A stretch of DNA of 26,963 nucleotides from a bacterium (GTDB lineage: Bacteria > Fidelibacterota > Marinisomatia > Marinisomatales > UBA1611). Positions within the stretch are counted from its first letter, which is position 1. Each line of letters begins with the position of its first letter. The position numbers and the translations under genes are program-made. The stretch spans positions 1 through 26,963 of the forward strand of contig JAYPIC010000003.1 in assembly GCA_038127595.1 (NCBI GenBank), written 5' to 3'. Shown one piece after another: positions 18,396 through 26,841 of this stretch. Under the pieces are notes generated by a model. It saw only the letters and a program-made list of their open reading frames with translations. It was not told where the DNA came from and did no database searches.

Positions 18396-21300
18396 ATGTC
18401 AATTTTTACCAATGAAATAATAAAATATATTAGCTTACTTCTGATTTTTTCCATGAACCTATATGCAGGAACAACAGGGAAAATAGTTGGAAAAGTTACA
18501 GATGAAAATGGTAATGCGCTCATCGGCTGCAATGTCATTGTTAAAGGCACATCATTAGGAGCAGCAACGAATCAAAATGGTGAATATTTCATACTAAATG
18601 TCCCACCTGGCTATTATCAAGTTTCAGCATCAATGATCGGGTATGGCGGTGTTACGATAAAGGATTTACAGGTAATAGTAGACCTAACTGCGAAAGCAAA
18701 TTTTAGGTTAAACACAGAATCTATTGAAGGGGAAGAAGTTGTAGTTGTTGCTGAGACTCCCACAGTTCGGCTTGACCAAACATCAATGGCAGCTGTGATT
18801 AGCGCAGATGATATTGAAAATTTGCCTGTGTCTGAGATATCTGATTTGATAGAATTACAAGCTGGGGTTGTAAAAGATGAATCTGGAGGCTTTCACGTAA
18901 GAGGAGGTCGAAGCGGAGAGGTATCTTTCTGGGTTGATGGTATTTCCACAACTGATGCCTACGATAATTCCTCAGGTTTAGAAATTGAAAATTCTGGCGT
19001 TCAGGAGATTCAGGTCATTAGTGGTACATTTAATGCAGAGTATGGACAAGCTATGTCTGGGATTGTAAATGTAGTAACCAAAGACGGTAGTGAAAATTTT
19101 GAAGGAAGCTTGAATTTATATTCAGGAGGTTTCCACTCTGCTCATAATGACATTTACTCCATTTCTTCTCCATTTGCAAATTGGAAATCTTTTGATGATA
19201 AAAACAATAATGGCGTATGGGATTATGGAGAAATCCTATATGATGTTAATGGTAATGGTGTATACGATGAAGGTGAATCTTATTGGGATAAAAATGGAAA
19301 CAATCAGTGGGATGGTAATGACTATATGGAGGACATAAATAGTGATGTTGGTACTGATGGATATTTAGGTGATTATTATGATGCTAATGGTGATGGAAAT
19401 TATACCCAGCCTAGCATTGGCGAAGGGAACGGAAGAAAAGATTGGGGTGAGCATTCATTTGACTTGAATAGTAATGGATATGTTGATCAGATTAATTTTT
19501 TGAAAGATCCTCTTCAACAAATAAACCTAGCTGCATCATTAAGTGGGCCTATAACACTTCTTCCTTCAAATTTCACTTTTTATAGTAACTTAAGAGTTTT
19601 TAAAACAAATAATCGTTATTATGGCATGAATCTTTTCCTGCCAAATGGAAGCTTTGGAGATGAAAGCATTGTACCATTGGCACCATTTGAAAAAATGTCA
19701 GGTCAGCTCAAACTAACCTGGAAGAGGTCTGCCCAGACAAAGTTATCTTTTACTTCTTTTTTAACAGAAAAAACCTATAGAAACTTTGATTCTTATTATA
19801 AATACAACCCAGATGGAATTAATTGGAACTATGAAAAAGATCTGTCTTACATCTTTGATATTACGCGCTCAATTTCATCAAAAACATTTTACGAGTTTAA
19901 ATTTTTAAACTTTTCAACACAGTATTCACAAAAACTATTTAATGACGTTCAAGATATACCATTTCAATCAAAATTAATTGAAGCTCAAGAGCTTGATTCT
20001 TATAATTTATCTGATAGTATCTTTATTAGAAGTGGATATGATATCCTAACAAAAATTCCTAGGTACGAAGTTATATTGGAAGATGATAACATGATATCTA
20101 TCATAGATAGAAAAGATCAAAGTGGTTACATTGCTAGTGATCAATTTCAAACACCTGCATGGTCATTTGGCAGAGGCGGGACACAAAACGGAAGATTTGA
20201 AAGAGAAACTCGCTTTCAGCAAATCAAATTTGATATATCAAGTCAAGTTAACATAAATCATTTTGTTAAAGCAGGACTTTTAGTAAAAATATATAATATG
20301 GAGGTTGACGACAAATTTATCGTGCCTGAAAATAATGGGTCTTGGAGTGTTACAAGTTCCGGTGATACTATAGGGTTTAATTCATTGAACGGGTCAAGAG
20401 TGTACCCTTTCAAACCAACAATTAATCCAACATATACCACGAACCATAACTACCTAAAAGTTAAACCAAAAGAAATTGCATTTTATCTTCAGGATAAAAT
20501 TGAGCTAGATGAAATAATTATTAATGCTGGCATACGTTTTGATTATTTTGATCCAAACTGGAAAATTCCAAAAGATTCTCGCATGCCAGAAAACAGGAAA
20601 TATTTTTTAGCAAATTCTGAAAATGACACCATTGTTTTCTGGGAGCATGACGTTGATCAGATTTCACAAAGTATAAATATTATAGATTCATTAAATCTCC
20701 AAGGTGCTGTCAACATAGAGAATCTGTTTTCAGCTCAAAATTCAAATGCCGCACCAATGGAAATTTTTAATAGCCAGATAGATTCTATACGCAATGATTA
20801 TCGTTGGAGCTATGGATATAAAAAAGCTAATACATCTTTCCAACTTTCACCAAGAATAGGTATAGCTTACCCTATTACAGATAGAGGTGTAATACATGTT
20901 TCATACGGACATTTTTTTCAAATCCCTCAATTTTCATTTTTATATGAGAACCCTGAATTTGAAATTACGAATTCAAATAATGGGGGTATTCTAGGAAATG
21001 CGAACTTAAGACCAGAAAAAACAATAATGTATGAGGTAGGAGTCAAGCAAGAGGTTGCAAGGCTAACATCAATTGATGTGACTCTTTTCTATAGAGATAC
21101 TAGAGATTGGGTTGGAATATCACCTACCATAAAAAAATACCCTGTTGGTAATTACCGAAAATATCAGAATATGGATTACGCAAATACCCGTGGTTTTACC
21201 ATAATGCTTGAGAGAAGATATCAAAATAATTTTGGTTTAAATATTGACTATTCGTGGATGTTAGCTGAAGGCACATACTCTAATCCAACAGACGCTTATT

Positions 21301-21794
21301 TTGATGCGTTAAATGATCAATCACCGAGACTTGCAATGGTTCCACTAAACTGGGACCAAACTCACACGCTTAATATGAGATTAACTTTTGGAGGGAATAA
21401 CTGGATCACTAGCATAATTGGAAATTACTGGAGCGGAAAACCTTACACGCCTGAATTCAAAACTGGCAGCGTGAGCGGCTCAAGCGCATTCGCTGGGTTC
21501 GCAGAGAATAGTTCTCGTAAACCAAATATTATTTCTTTTGATATGCGAACATCATACGATCTAAAGCTTCTAGGATTCAGGTCTAACATTTTTATCAACA
21601 TATATAATATTTTTGATATTAGAAATGAAATAAATGTTTGGAATGATACAGGCAGAGCAACATACACTCTTAGCGCAAATGATGTTTCATTAACAAATCC
21701 TGAAAGAATAGGAAATTTAAATGAACACTTATTAAAACCTGAGTGGTACTCGGAGCCAAGGAAAATTGATATTGGATTAAATATTTCTTTTTGA
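18396..21794 (+). CDS. TonB-dependent outer-membrane receptor with N-terminal CarboxypepD_reg-like domain
   Basis: Signal peptide, then GTTGKIVGKVTD..G.ALIGCNV...GAATN..GEYFILNVPPGYY. Plug motifs HVRGGRSGEVSFWVDG and ISGTFNAEYGQAMSGIVNVVTK. Barrel motifs YLQDKIE, NAGIRFDYF, SPRIGIAYPI and GNANLRPEKT..YEVG. C-terminal Phe (GLNISF). Confidence 0.93.
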   Translation: MSIFTNEIIKYISLLLIFSMNLYAGTTGKIVGKVTDENGNALIGCNVIVKGTSLGAATNQNGEYFILNVPPGYYQVSASMIGYGGVTIKDLQVIVDLTAKANFRLNTESIEGEEVVVVAETPTVRLDQTSMAAVISADDIENLPVSEISDLIELQAGVVKDESGGFHVRGGRSGEVSFWVDGISTTDAYDNSSGLEIENSGVQEIQVISGTFNAEYGQAMSGIVNVVTKDGSENFEGSLNLYSGGFHSAHNDIYSISSPFANWKSFDDKNNNGVWDYGEILYDVNGNGVYDEGESYWDKNGNNQWDGNDYMEDINSDVGTDGYLGDYYDANGDGNYTQPSIGEGNGRKDWGEHSFDLNSNGYVDQINFLKDPLQQINLAASLSGPITLLPSNFTFYSNLRVFKTNNRYYGMNLFLPNGSFGDESIVPLAPFEKMSGQLKLTWKRSAQTKLSFTSFLTEKTYRNFDSYYKYNPDGINWNYEKDLSYIFDITRSISSKTFYEFKFLNFSTQYSQKLFNDVQDIPFQSKLIEAQELDSYNLSDSIFIRSGYDILTKIPRYEVILEDDNMISIIDRKDQSGYIASDQFQTPAWSFGRGGTQNGRFERETRFQQIKFDISSQVNINHFVKAGLLVKIYNMEVDDKFIVPENNGSWSVTSSGDTIGFNSLNGSRVYPFKPTINPTYTTNHNYLKVKPKEIAFYLQDKIELDEIIINAGIRFDYFDPNWKIPKDSRMPENRKYFLANSENDTIVFWEHDVDQISQSINIIDSLNLQGAVNIENLFSAQNSNAAPMEIFNSQIDSIRNDYRWSYGYKKANTSFQLSPRIGIAYPITDRGVIHVSYGHFFQIPQFSFLYENPEFEITNSNNGGILGNANLRPEKTIMYEVGVKQEVARLTSIDVTLFYRDTRDWVGISPTIKKYPVGNYRKYQNMDYANTRGFTIMLERRYQNNFGLNIDYSWMLAEGTYSNPTDAYFDALNDQSPRLAMVPLNWDQTHTLNMRLTFGGNNWITSIIGNYWSGKPYTPEFKTGSVSGSSAFAGFAENSSRKPNIISFDMRTSYDLKLLGFRSNIFINIYNIFDIRNEINVWNDTGRATYTLSANDVSLTNPERIGNLNEHLLKPEWYSEPRKIDIGLNISF

Positions 21795-21796
21795 CC

Positions 21797-24700
21797 ATGA
21801 TTAAACATATAATCCTAACTATATTCATCAGCCATCTTATTTTTGCAAAAGGAAGTGAACTCTCCAGAGCCAAAAATACTCACTCAGGAAATAAGGTAAG
21901 ATCAACATTTTATAATTATGGTCTTGTCGGGAGGTGGAGTTCAGAACCTGAAGATATCGGCGGAGAATGGCCAATTAATTCAGGGCACGAGTACATCGGT
22001 GATGTTGGTCACTTAGTCGGATCAGAATTTCAAAATTTAGATGGTCAACTCAAAAAAAGTGTAACTACAGTTTATGGTCCCAGAGGAAGCGAAATGAACC
22101 AAGATATTCATTGGGGGTGGGAGCCTTTGCCTGGTTATACAAATCCTGATACTCCTTTAGTTGCTATGAGCCATATGGGACCAAACGAAGATGATCCAGA
22201 ATACATACACACTTGGCCAAACTCTTGGCCAGATAAAACAAGCGACCCCATCGATCCAGGTTGGCCAGGAAGTTGGAACGGATACTTTGGAAAAAACCAA
22301 AAAAATGCTGAACAGGAATCATATTTTGTTATGGATGATTATAATGATGCTGAGTTCAATTATTTTCCTGACTCCTTAAACCTTGAGAGAAGAGGCTTAG
22401 GGTTAGAATGCGCTGTAAGGGGGCTCCAATGGAATCATATTTTAGCTGAGGATGTGCTCTTTTGGCTGTATGATATCAAAAATATAAGCGATAAAAACAT
22501 TGATAAAATGGTTTTTGGATATATTGTTGGCACAATAACAGGTGGAGATGGTGATAGCCAGGATGATTGGGCAGACTTTGACAAAGTCGACGACATAGCA
22601 TTTTCGTATGATAATGGGACTGATTTAGAGTCAGGATTGGGAGGAATCGGAGCCAGCGGTTGGTCGCCCGTTGGCTTAGCTGGATATGCTTTCCTAGAAA
22701 GTCCTGGTAACCCTTATGATGGTATCGATAATGATGGGGATGCATCTTTTGGAAGCGGAAATACAATTACCACTCAAATGTTTGAACCAGTAATCTTTTC
22801 TCCAGGTGACACTGTTGTAATTATCGACTACACTACCTATGAAAGAAGTTTGATTGCATTTCCTCCAGATTCATTGACTATAACAAAAGGAAATGATATT
22901 TTTGTTTTTAAGCCAAACCAACCAATTGAAGAAATAGCACGTAATTTATTTGATGATAACCTCAATGGGATTATCGATGAAAACAATGGTGCTTCTATTG
23001 AGATTACACCTGGATTCTTTGAGGACTATTATCTTTACATAGACTCCGAAAGCGGCATTGGCCTAAAATACATTGACTACCTCACTGGAATTGGCTCAGA
23101 CAACCTATTAATTGATGAAAGTAGATTAGACGGCCTTGATAATGATGGAGATTGGGATATTACCAAAGATGATGTTGGTTTAGATGGCCTTGCAGGTAGT
23201 AACGATTTTGGAGAGAATGATGGTATGCCAACCTCAGGCGTAGGAACCGATCTACCTGGCGAACCTAATATCGATAAGACAGATATTGATGAATCAGACC
23301 AAATAGGATTATCAAGTTTTTATTATTTTAATTTTGGTGTTGGTCCTCAGATGAATGATGATAATCGACTATGGGATGAAATGCTTCCTGGATATTTTAA
23401 TAACTCTATCCAAAATACTGATGCGGATTTTTTATTTAGTTCTGGATATTTCCCCCTTTTAAAGCAACAAACCGAAAGATTTTCCATTGCTTTATTATTT
23501 GGGGATAATCTCCCTGACTTACTTAGAAATAAACAAACTGTACAAACTATTTATAATCAAAATTATAATTTTGCAAAGGCTCCAGATCTGCCAAAAGTTT
23601 GGGCGTTTGCAGGCGATGGATATGTTACCCTTTATTGGGATGATAAAGCTGAATTTTCTCAAGATAGAATTACAGGTGAAGACTTTGAGGGATACAAAAT
23701 TTATAGAGCTACCGATACAGAATGGACTGATTCAGGTACGATAACAGATGCTTTTGGATCGATTAAGTTTAATGTTCCAATTAAACAGTTTGACCAAATC
23801 AATGAGCATGAAGGTTTTTTCCCTGGCAGTATTGATGGTGTTCAATTCTATCTGGGAAATAATAATGGTTTGGTGCACACATGGACCGATTCTAACGTCA
23901 TAAATGGACACCGGTATTTTTATGCGGTCACCGCATATGACCATGGATCTGCTGAAAAAGAAATTTTGCCTGCAGAAACATCAAAATTTGTCACTATCGA
24001 TAAAGGGGGCAATGTTAATTCGGCAAAAAATGTTATCGCTGTCACGCCTGATGCTCCAGCAGCAGGTTACCAACCTCCCCCCTCTGAAAGAGATGTGTAT
24101 TCTGTTAATTTTCCTCATGGAACTGGCAATATCAGATTATCTGTTGTTGATCCAACGTTATTGCCTGATGGATTAAACTATCAAATACACTTTAAAGATT
24201 CTAGGAATAATGGATTTGACGATGATAACGATTGGAACATTATCACTGATGACATTGGAAGCGATGGCTGTGCTGATGAATATGAGGATGGGTTAGGAGG
24301 ATGTCTAAGCGATAACTCTGGTGTTGCTGATGCCAATGGTGACAACTGGAATGATTGCGGTGCTGACGGGGTTTGCAATGAGAACGAAGAGGGATATGAT
24401 CCAGTACAGAATTTGGATCCAAATGGCGATGATTATGACTATCAAAATAACCCACTAGGGACAGAAAAAAACAATTTATATGAATATGGTGAAGGTACTG
24501 AATACAATAGTCTTGCTGATGTTGGAGAACCAAACATAGATCAAAATGATCCAGATGAGCTACAACGCTCTACAAGCCATCTAATGATCGTTAAACATAT
24601 ATCCGAATCAATTGCTGATACAGTCATCCCTTGGACACAAGAGATTTATAGTGACAAAGCTATTTTTGATGGAATGTTAATTGAAATTGATAATGACCTT

Positions 24701-25732
24701 AATGTAGCAGAATATAAAAAAACCTCAGGATTCTACCCACAGCCTGAGTTACCCTATGAATATAATTATTTACCAATGGAATTTAGTGGTATCACTACAA
24801 AAGGTGTTAAATATCCCAGAGATATAGCTCTTGTTTTCAGTGATAGCGCTGATCATCAAACTCAAGAACTAAAACTAATGAGAGACAATGGAGCTGAAAT
24901 CAATTTACCATCTCTAAATGTAAATTATAAAATAATTGATAATACATATCCTGAGCTTGAGATTGAGTTTGCTGTTATAGATCAAGTATGGAGTTATTAT
25001 GCGATGGATACTACACTGATAAACTCAAGTGAAGTAATTCCTGAATACATTTATGACCCGAATGAATTTAACCATTTAGAAGTCCTAGATACCGTACAAG
25101 GAGAATGGAGCGAATTTGGATTTATTCCTGGACCATTTGGTTCAAGTTCAGGAATTAAAATTTCTTTATCTAAACCTGGATATTTTTCATATGCAGATAG
25201 AATAATTATTATTGAGCAAAATGACGATACGTCTTTTGTGTCATGGTACATTACTCCTGGACATGATAACATCCCTAACATACATTATCCCAAGGATGGA
25301 GATACTTTAAAACTGTTCTGTACCAAGCAATTCTCTAGTTCAGATTTATATGAATTTGTATCAATTGGAGCGAAACTAGATTCTGAAAAAATTGATAGTC
25401 ACAATTCAAAAATTAAAGTTGTTCCTAATCCATATGTAGCAGGAGCAAGCTGGGAGGGAAAAAACCCATATTCAGATGGAAGAGGTCCTAGATCGATTCA
25501 CTTCAACCACCTTCCCCCAAACTGTAAAATAAAAATATTTACTCTGTCTGGAGAATTGGTAAATACACTGTACCATAATTCTTCAATGTTTGATGGTAGC
25601 TTTGAATGGAATATGCTAACAAAGGATAACCTAGATATTGCTTATGGTGTTTACATATATCACATTGAGGCGATTTCAAACTCAATGAACAGTTTCAAAC
25701 CTGTATTAGGAAAGTTTGCGGTAATCAAATGA
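21797..25732 (+). CDS. Large secreted acidic protein (TBDR partner) with FN3-like segment and C-terminal secretion-type domain
   Basis: Signal peptide MIKHIILTIFISHLIFA (ATG 21797 preferred over TTG 21791). Asp/Gly-rich repeats. FN3-like segment AGDGYVTLYWD...FEGYKIYR...YFYAVTAYD. CTD IKVVPNPY...HLP..CKIKIFTLSGELV...WN...YGVYIYHI...KFAVIK. Function unknown. Confidence 0.8.
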   Translation: MIKHIILTIFISHLIFAKGSELSRAKNTHSGNKVRSTFYNYGLVGRWSSEPEDIGGEWPINSGHEYIGDVGHLVGSEFQNLDGQLKKSVTTVYGPRGSEMNQDIHWGWEPLPGYTNPDTPLVAMSHMGPNEDDPEYIHTWPNSWPDKTSDPIDPGWPGSWNGYFGKNQKNAEQESYFVMDDYNDAEFNYFPDSLNLERRGLGLECAVRGLQWNHILAEDVLFWLYDIKNISDKNIDKMVFGYIVGTITGGDGDSQDDWADFDKVDDIAFSYDNGTDLESGLGGIGASGWSPVGLAGYAFLESPGNPYDGIDNDGDASFGSGNTITTQMFEPVIFSPGDTVVIIDYTTYERSLIAFPPDSLTITKGNDIFVFKPNQPIEEIARNLFDDNLNGIIDENNGASIEITPGFFEDYYLYIDSESGIGLKYIDYLTGIGSDNLLIDESRLDGLDNDGDWDITKDDVGLDGLAGSNDFGENDGMPTSGVGTDLPGEPNIDKTDIDESDQIGLSSFYYFNFGVGPQMNDDNRLWDEMLPGYFNNSIQNTDADFLFSSGYFPLLKQQTERFSIALLFGDNLPDLLRNKQTVQTIYNQNYNFAKAPDLPKVWAFAGDGYVTLYWDDKAEFSQDRITGEDFEGYKIYRATDTEWTDSGTITDAFGSIKFNVPIKQFDQINEHEGFFPGSIDGVQFYLGNNNGLVHTWTDSNVINGHRYFYAVTAYDHGSAEKEILPAETSKFVTIDKGGNVNSAKNVIAVTPDAPAAGYQPPPSERDVYSVNFPHGTGNIRLSVVDPTLLPDGLNYQIHFKDSRNNGFDDDNDWNIITDDIGSDGCADEYEDGLGGCLSDNSGVADANGDNWNDCGADGVCNENEEGYDPVQNLDPNGDDYDYQNNPLGTEKNNLYEYGEGTEYNSLADVGEPNIDQNDPDELQRSTSHLMIVKHISESIADTVIPWTQEIYSDKAIFDGMLIEIDNDLNVAEYKKTSGFYPQPELPYEYNYLPMEFSGITTKGVKYPRDIALVFSDSADHQTQELKLMRDNGAEINLPSLNVNYKIIDNTYPELEIEFAVIDQVWSYYAMDTTLINSSEVIPEYIYDPNEFNHLEVLDTVQGEWSEFGFIPGPFGSSSGIKISLSKPGYFSYADRIIIIEQNDDTSFVSWYITPGHDNIPNIHYPKDGDTLKLFCTKQFSSSDLYEFVSIGAKLDSEKIDSHNSKIKVVPNPYVAGASWEGKNPYSDGRGPRSIHFNHLPPNCKIKIFTLSGELVNTLYHNSSMFDGSFEWNMLTKDNLDIAYGVYIYHIEAISNSMNSFKPVLGKFAVIK

Positions 25733-26748
25733 GGAATTACCTAATACAATATATCTTTATCATTGGCTTAAGTATTTCCTCTATTTTTTCGCAAGCGGTA
25801 TCTAAAACAGGAACATCTGCTGGCCAATTTTTAAAAATTGGTGTTGGATCAAGAGCAATTGGCCTAGGTGGTGCTTTTACAGCAATAGCCGATGATGCCT
25901 CATCGCTTTACTGGAATCCTAGCGGGATAGCCAACAATAAAACATTATCGATTTTTGTTGATCATTATGATTGGATTTTAGATATCGAAATGGATTATAT
26001 TGGATTTATTATACCCTTAGGCAATGCTGGCAATTTGGGGATATCAACAAACTATTTACATATGGGGGAAATGGATGTAACCTCAACTAAAAACCCAGAA
26101 GGTACGGGGGAAAAATTTTCTGCAGCTTCATACCTAGGCCAAATTTCTTATGCAAGAAACCTTACAGAGCGCTTTTCACTTGGTTCTTCTGTAAAACTTA
26201 TAAAAGAAAGTATTTGGAACTCCGCTGCTACTGGGATTGCAATCGATATTGGAACACTTTATGAGTCTACATTTCCAGGACTTAAACTTGGAATGAGTAT
26301 ATCCAACTATGGGAGTAAAATGAAAATGGATGGAAGAGATCTTCTAGTTCAAACAGACTTAGACCCAAGCCTAGAATCTGATCCTGAAAACTTAAACTCT
26401 AATCTCATGACTGATGAGTTTGACCTGCCAATGATATTTAGATTCGGAATTTCATTTTCAAAAAGACTTAAAAATGGTTTTGGTACCATCGTTGCGATAG
26501 ATGCAATTCATCCAAGTGATAACACAGAGAGTATAAATGTTGGGACTGAATTCAATTATAATAATATTGGGTTCATTCGCTTTGGGTATAGAAATTTATT
26601 TAAAAGAGATTTAGAACAAAAATTATCTGTTGGTTGCGGTATTGCTTTAAACTATAGAAATATTAAGTATCATATTGATTACAGTTACACCGACTTTGAA
26701 ATTTTAGGTTCTCCCCAAAAACTTACAATTACATTTGTTTTAAGGTAA
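25729..26748 (+). CDS. PorV/PorQ-family (UPF0164/FadL-like) outer-membrane beta-barrel
   Basis: Signal peptide, then the hallmark GTSAGQFLKIGVGSRAIGLGGAFTAIADDASSLYWNPSG. Also AIDIGTLY, GMSISNYG, DLPMIFRFG, VGTEF and IDYSY. ATGA overlap with the upstream gene. Confidence 0.88.
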   Translation: MRNYLIQYIFIIGLSISSIFSQAVSKTGTSAGQFLKIGVGSRAIGLGGAFTAIADDASSLYWNPSGIANNKTLSIFVDHYDWILDIEMDYIGFIIPLGNAGNLGISTNYLHMGEMDVTSTKNPEGTGEKFSAASYLGQISYARNLTERFSLGSSVKLIKESIWNSAATGIAIDIGTLYESTFPGLKLGMSISNYGSKMKMDGRDLLVQTDLDPSLESDPENLNSNLMTDEFDLPMIFRFGISFSKRLKNGFGTIVAIDAIHPSDNTESINVGTEFNYNNIGFIRFGYRNLFKRDLEQKLSVGCGIALNYRNIKYHIDYSYTDFEILGSPQKLTITFVLR

Positions 26749-26777
26749 TCTGTGTACTAAATTGTTGTAATAAAGAT

Positions 26778-26799
26778 AGTAACTCTGTTTAGAGTTACT
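26778..26799. promoter_or_regulatory. Palindromic operator, copy 2 (AGTAACTCT-GTTT-AGAGTTACT)
   Basis: Perfect 9-bp inverted repeat with a 4-bp spacer. It lies 14 bp upstream of TATAAT (26814-26819) and therefore overlaps the expected -35 position. Confidence 0.75.
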
Positions 26800-26813
26800 T
26801 GAAAAAATCTCAT

Positions 26814-26834
26814 TATAATTAGACAAGAAGGAGA
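26814..26834 (+). promoter_or_regulatory. -10 box TATAAT and Shine-Dalgarno AAGGAGA for the gene at 26842
   Basis: TATAAT at 26814-26819. AAGGAGA at 26828-26834, 7 nt before the ATG. Confidence 0.6.
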
Positions 26835-26841
26835 TAAATAA

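Noticed and set aside
296..25281. Short alternative-frame or antisense ORFs in the track (e.g. 296-529, 1004-1315, 2330-2584, 21443-21808, 24243-24533)
   Set aside because: All lie within or largely overlap well-supported genes and show no recognisable motifs; they are shadow ORFs.
21797..25732. Large protein as SusD, RTX toxin or CAZyme
   Set aside because: It has no lipobox or TPR-like SusD features, no GGxGxD nonapeptide repeats and no recognisable GH catalytic motifs.
26778..26799. Hairpin read as an intrinsic terminator for the porV-like gene
   Set aside because: The stem is AT-rich with no U-tract, and the same motif recurs in a divergent promoter where no transcript ends. A dual role is not excluded.
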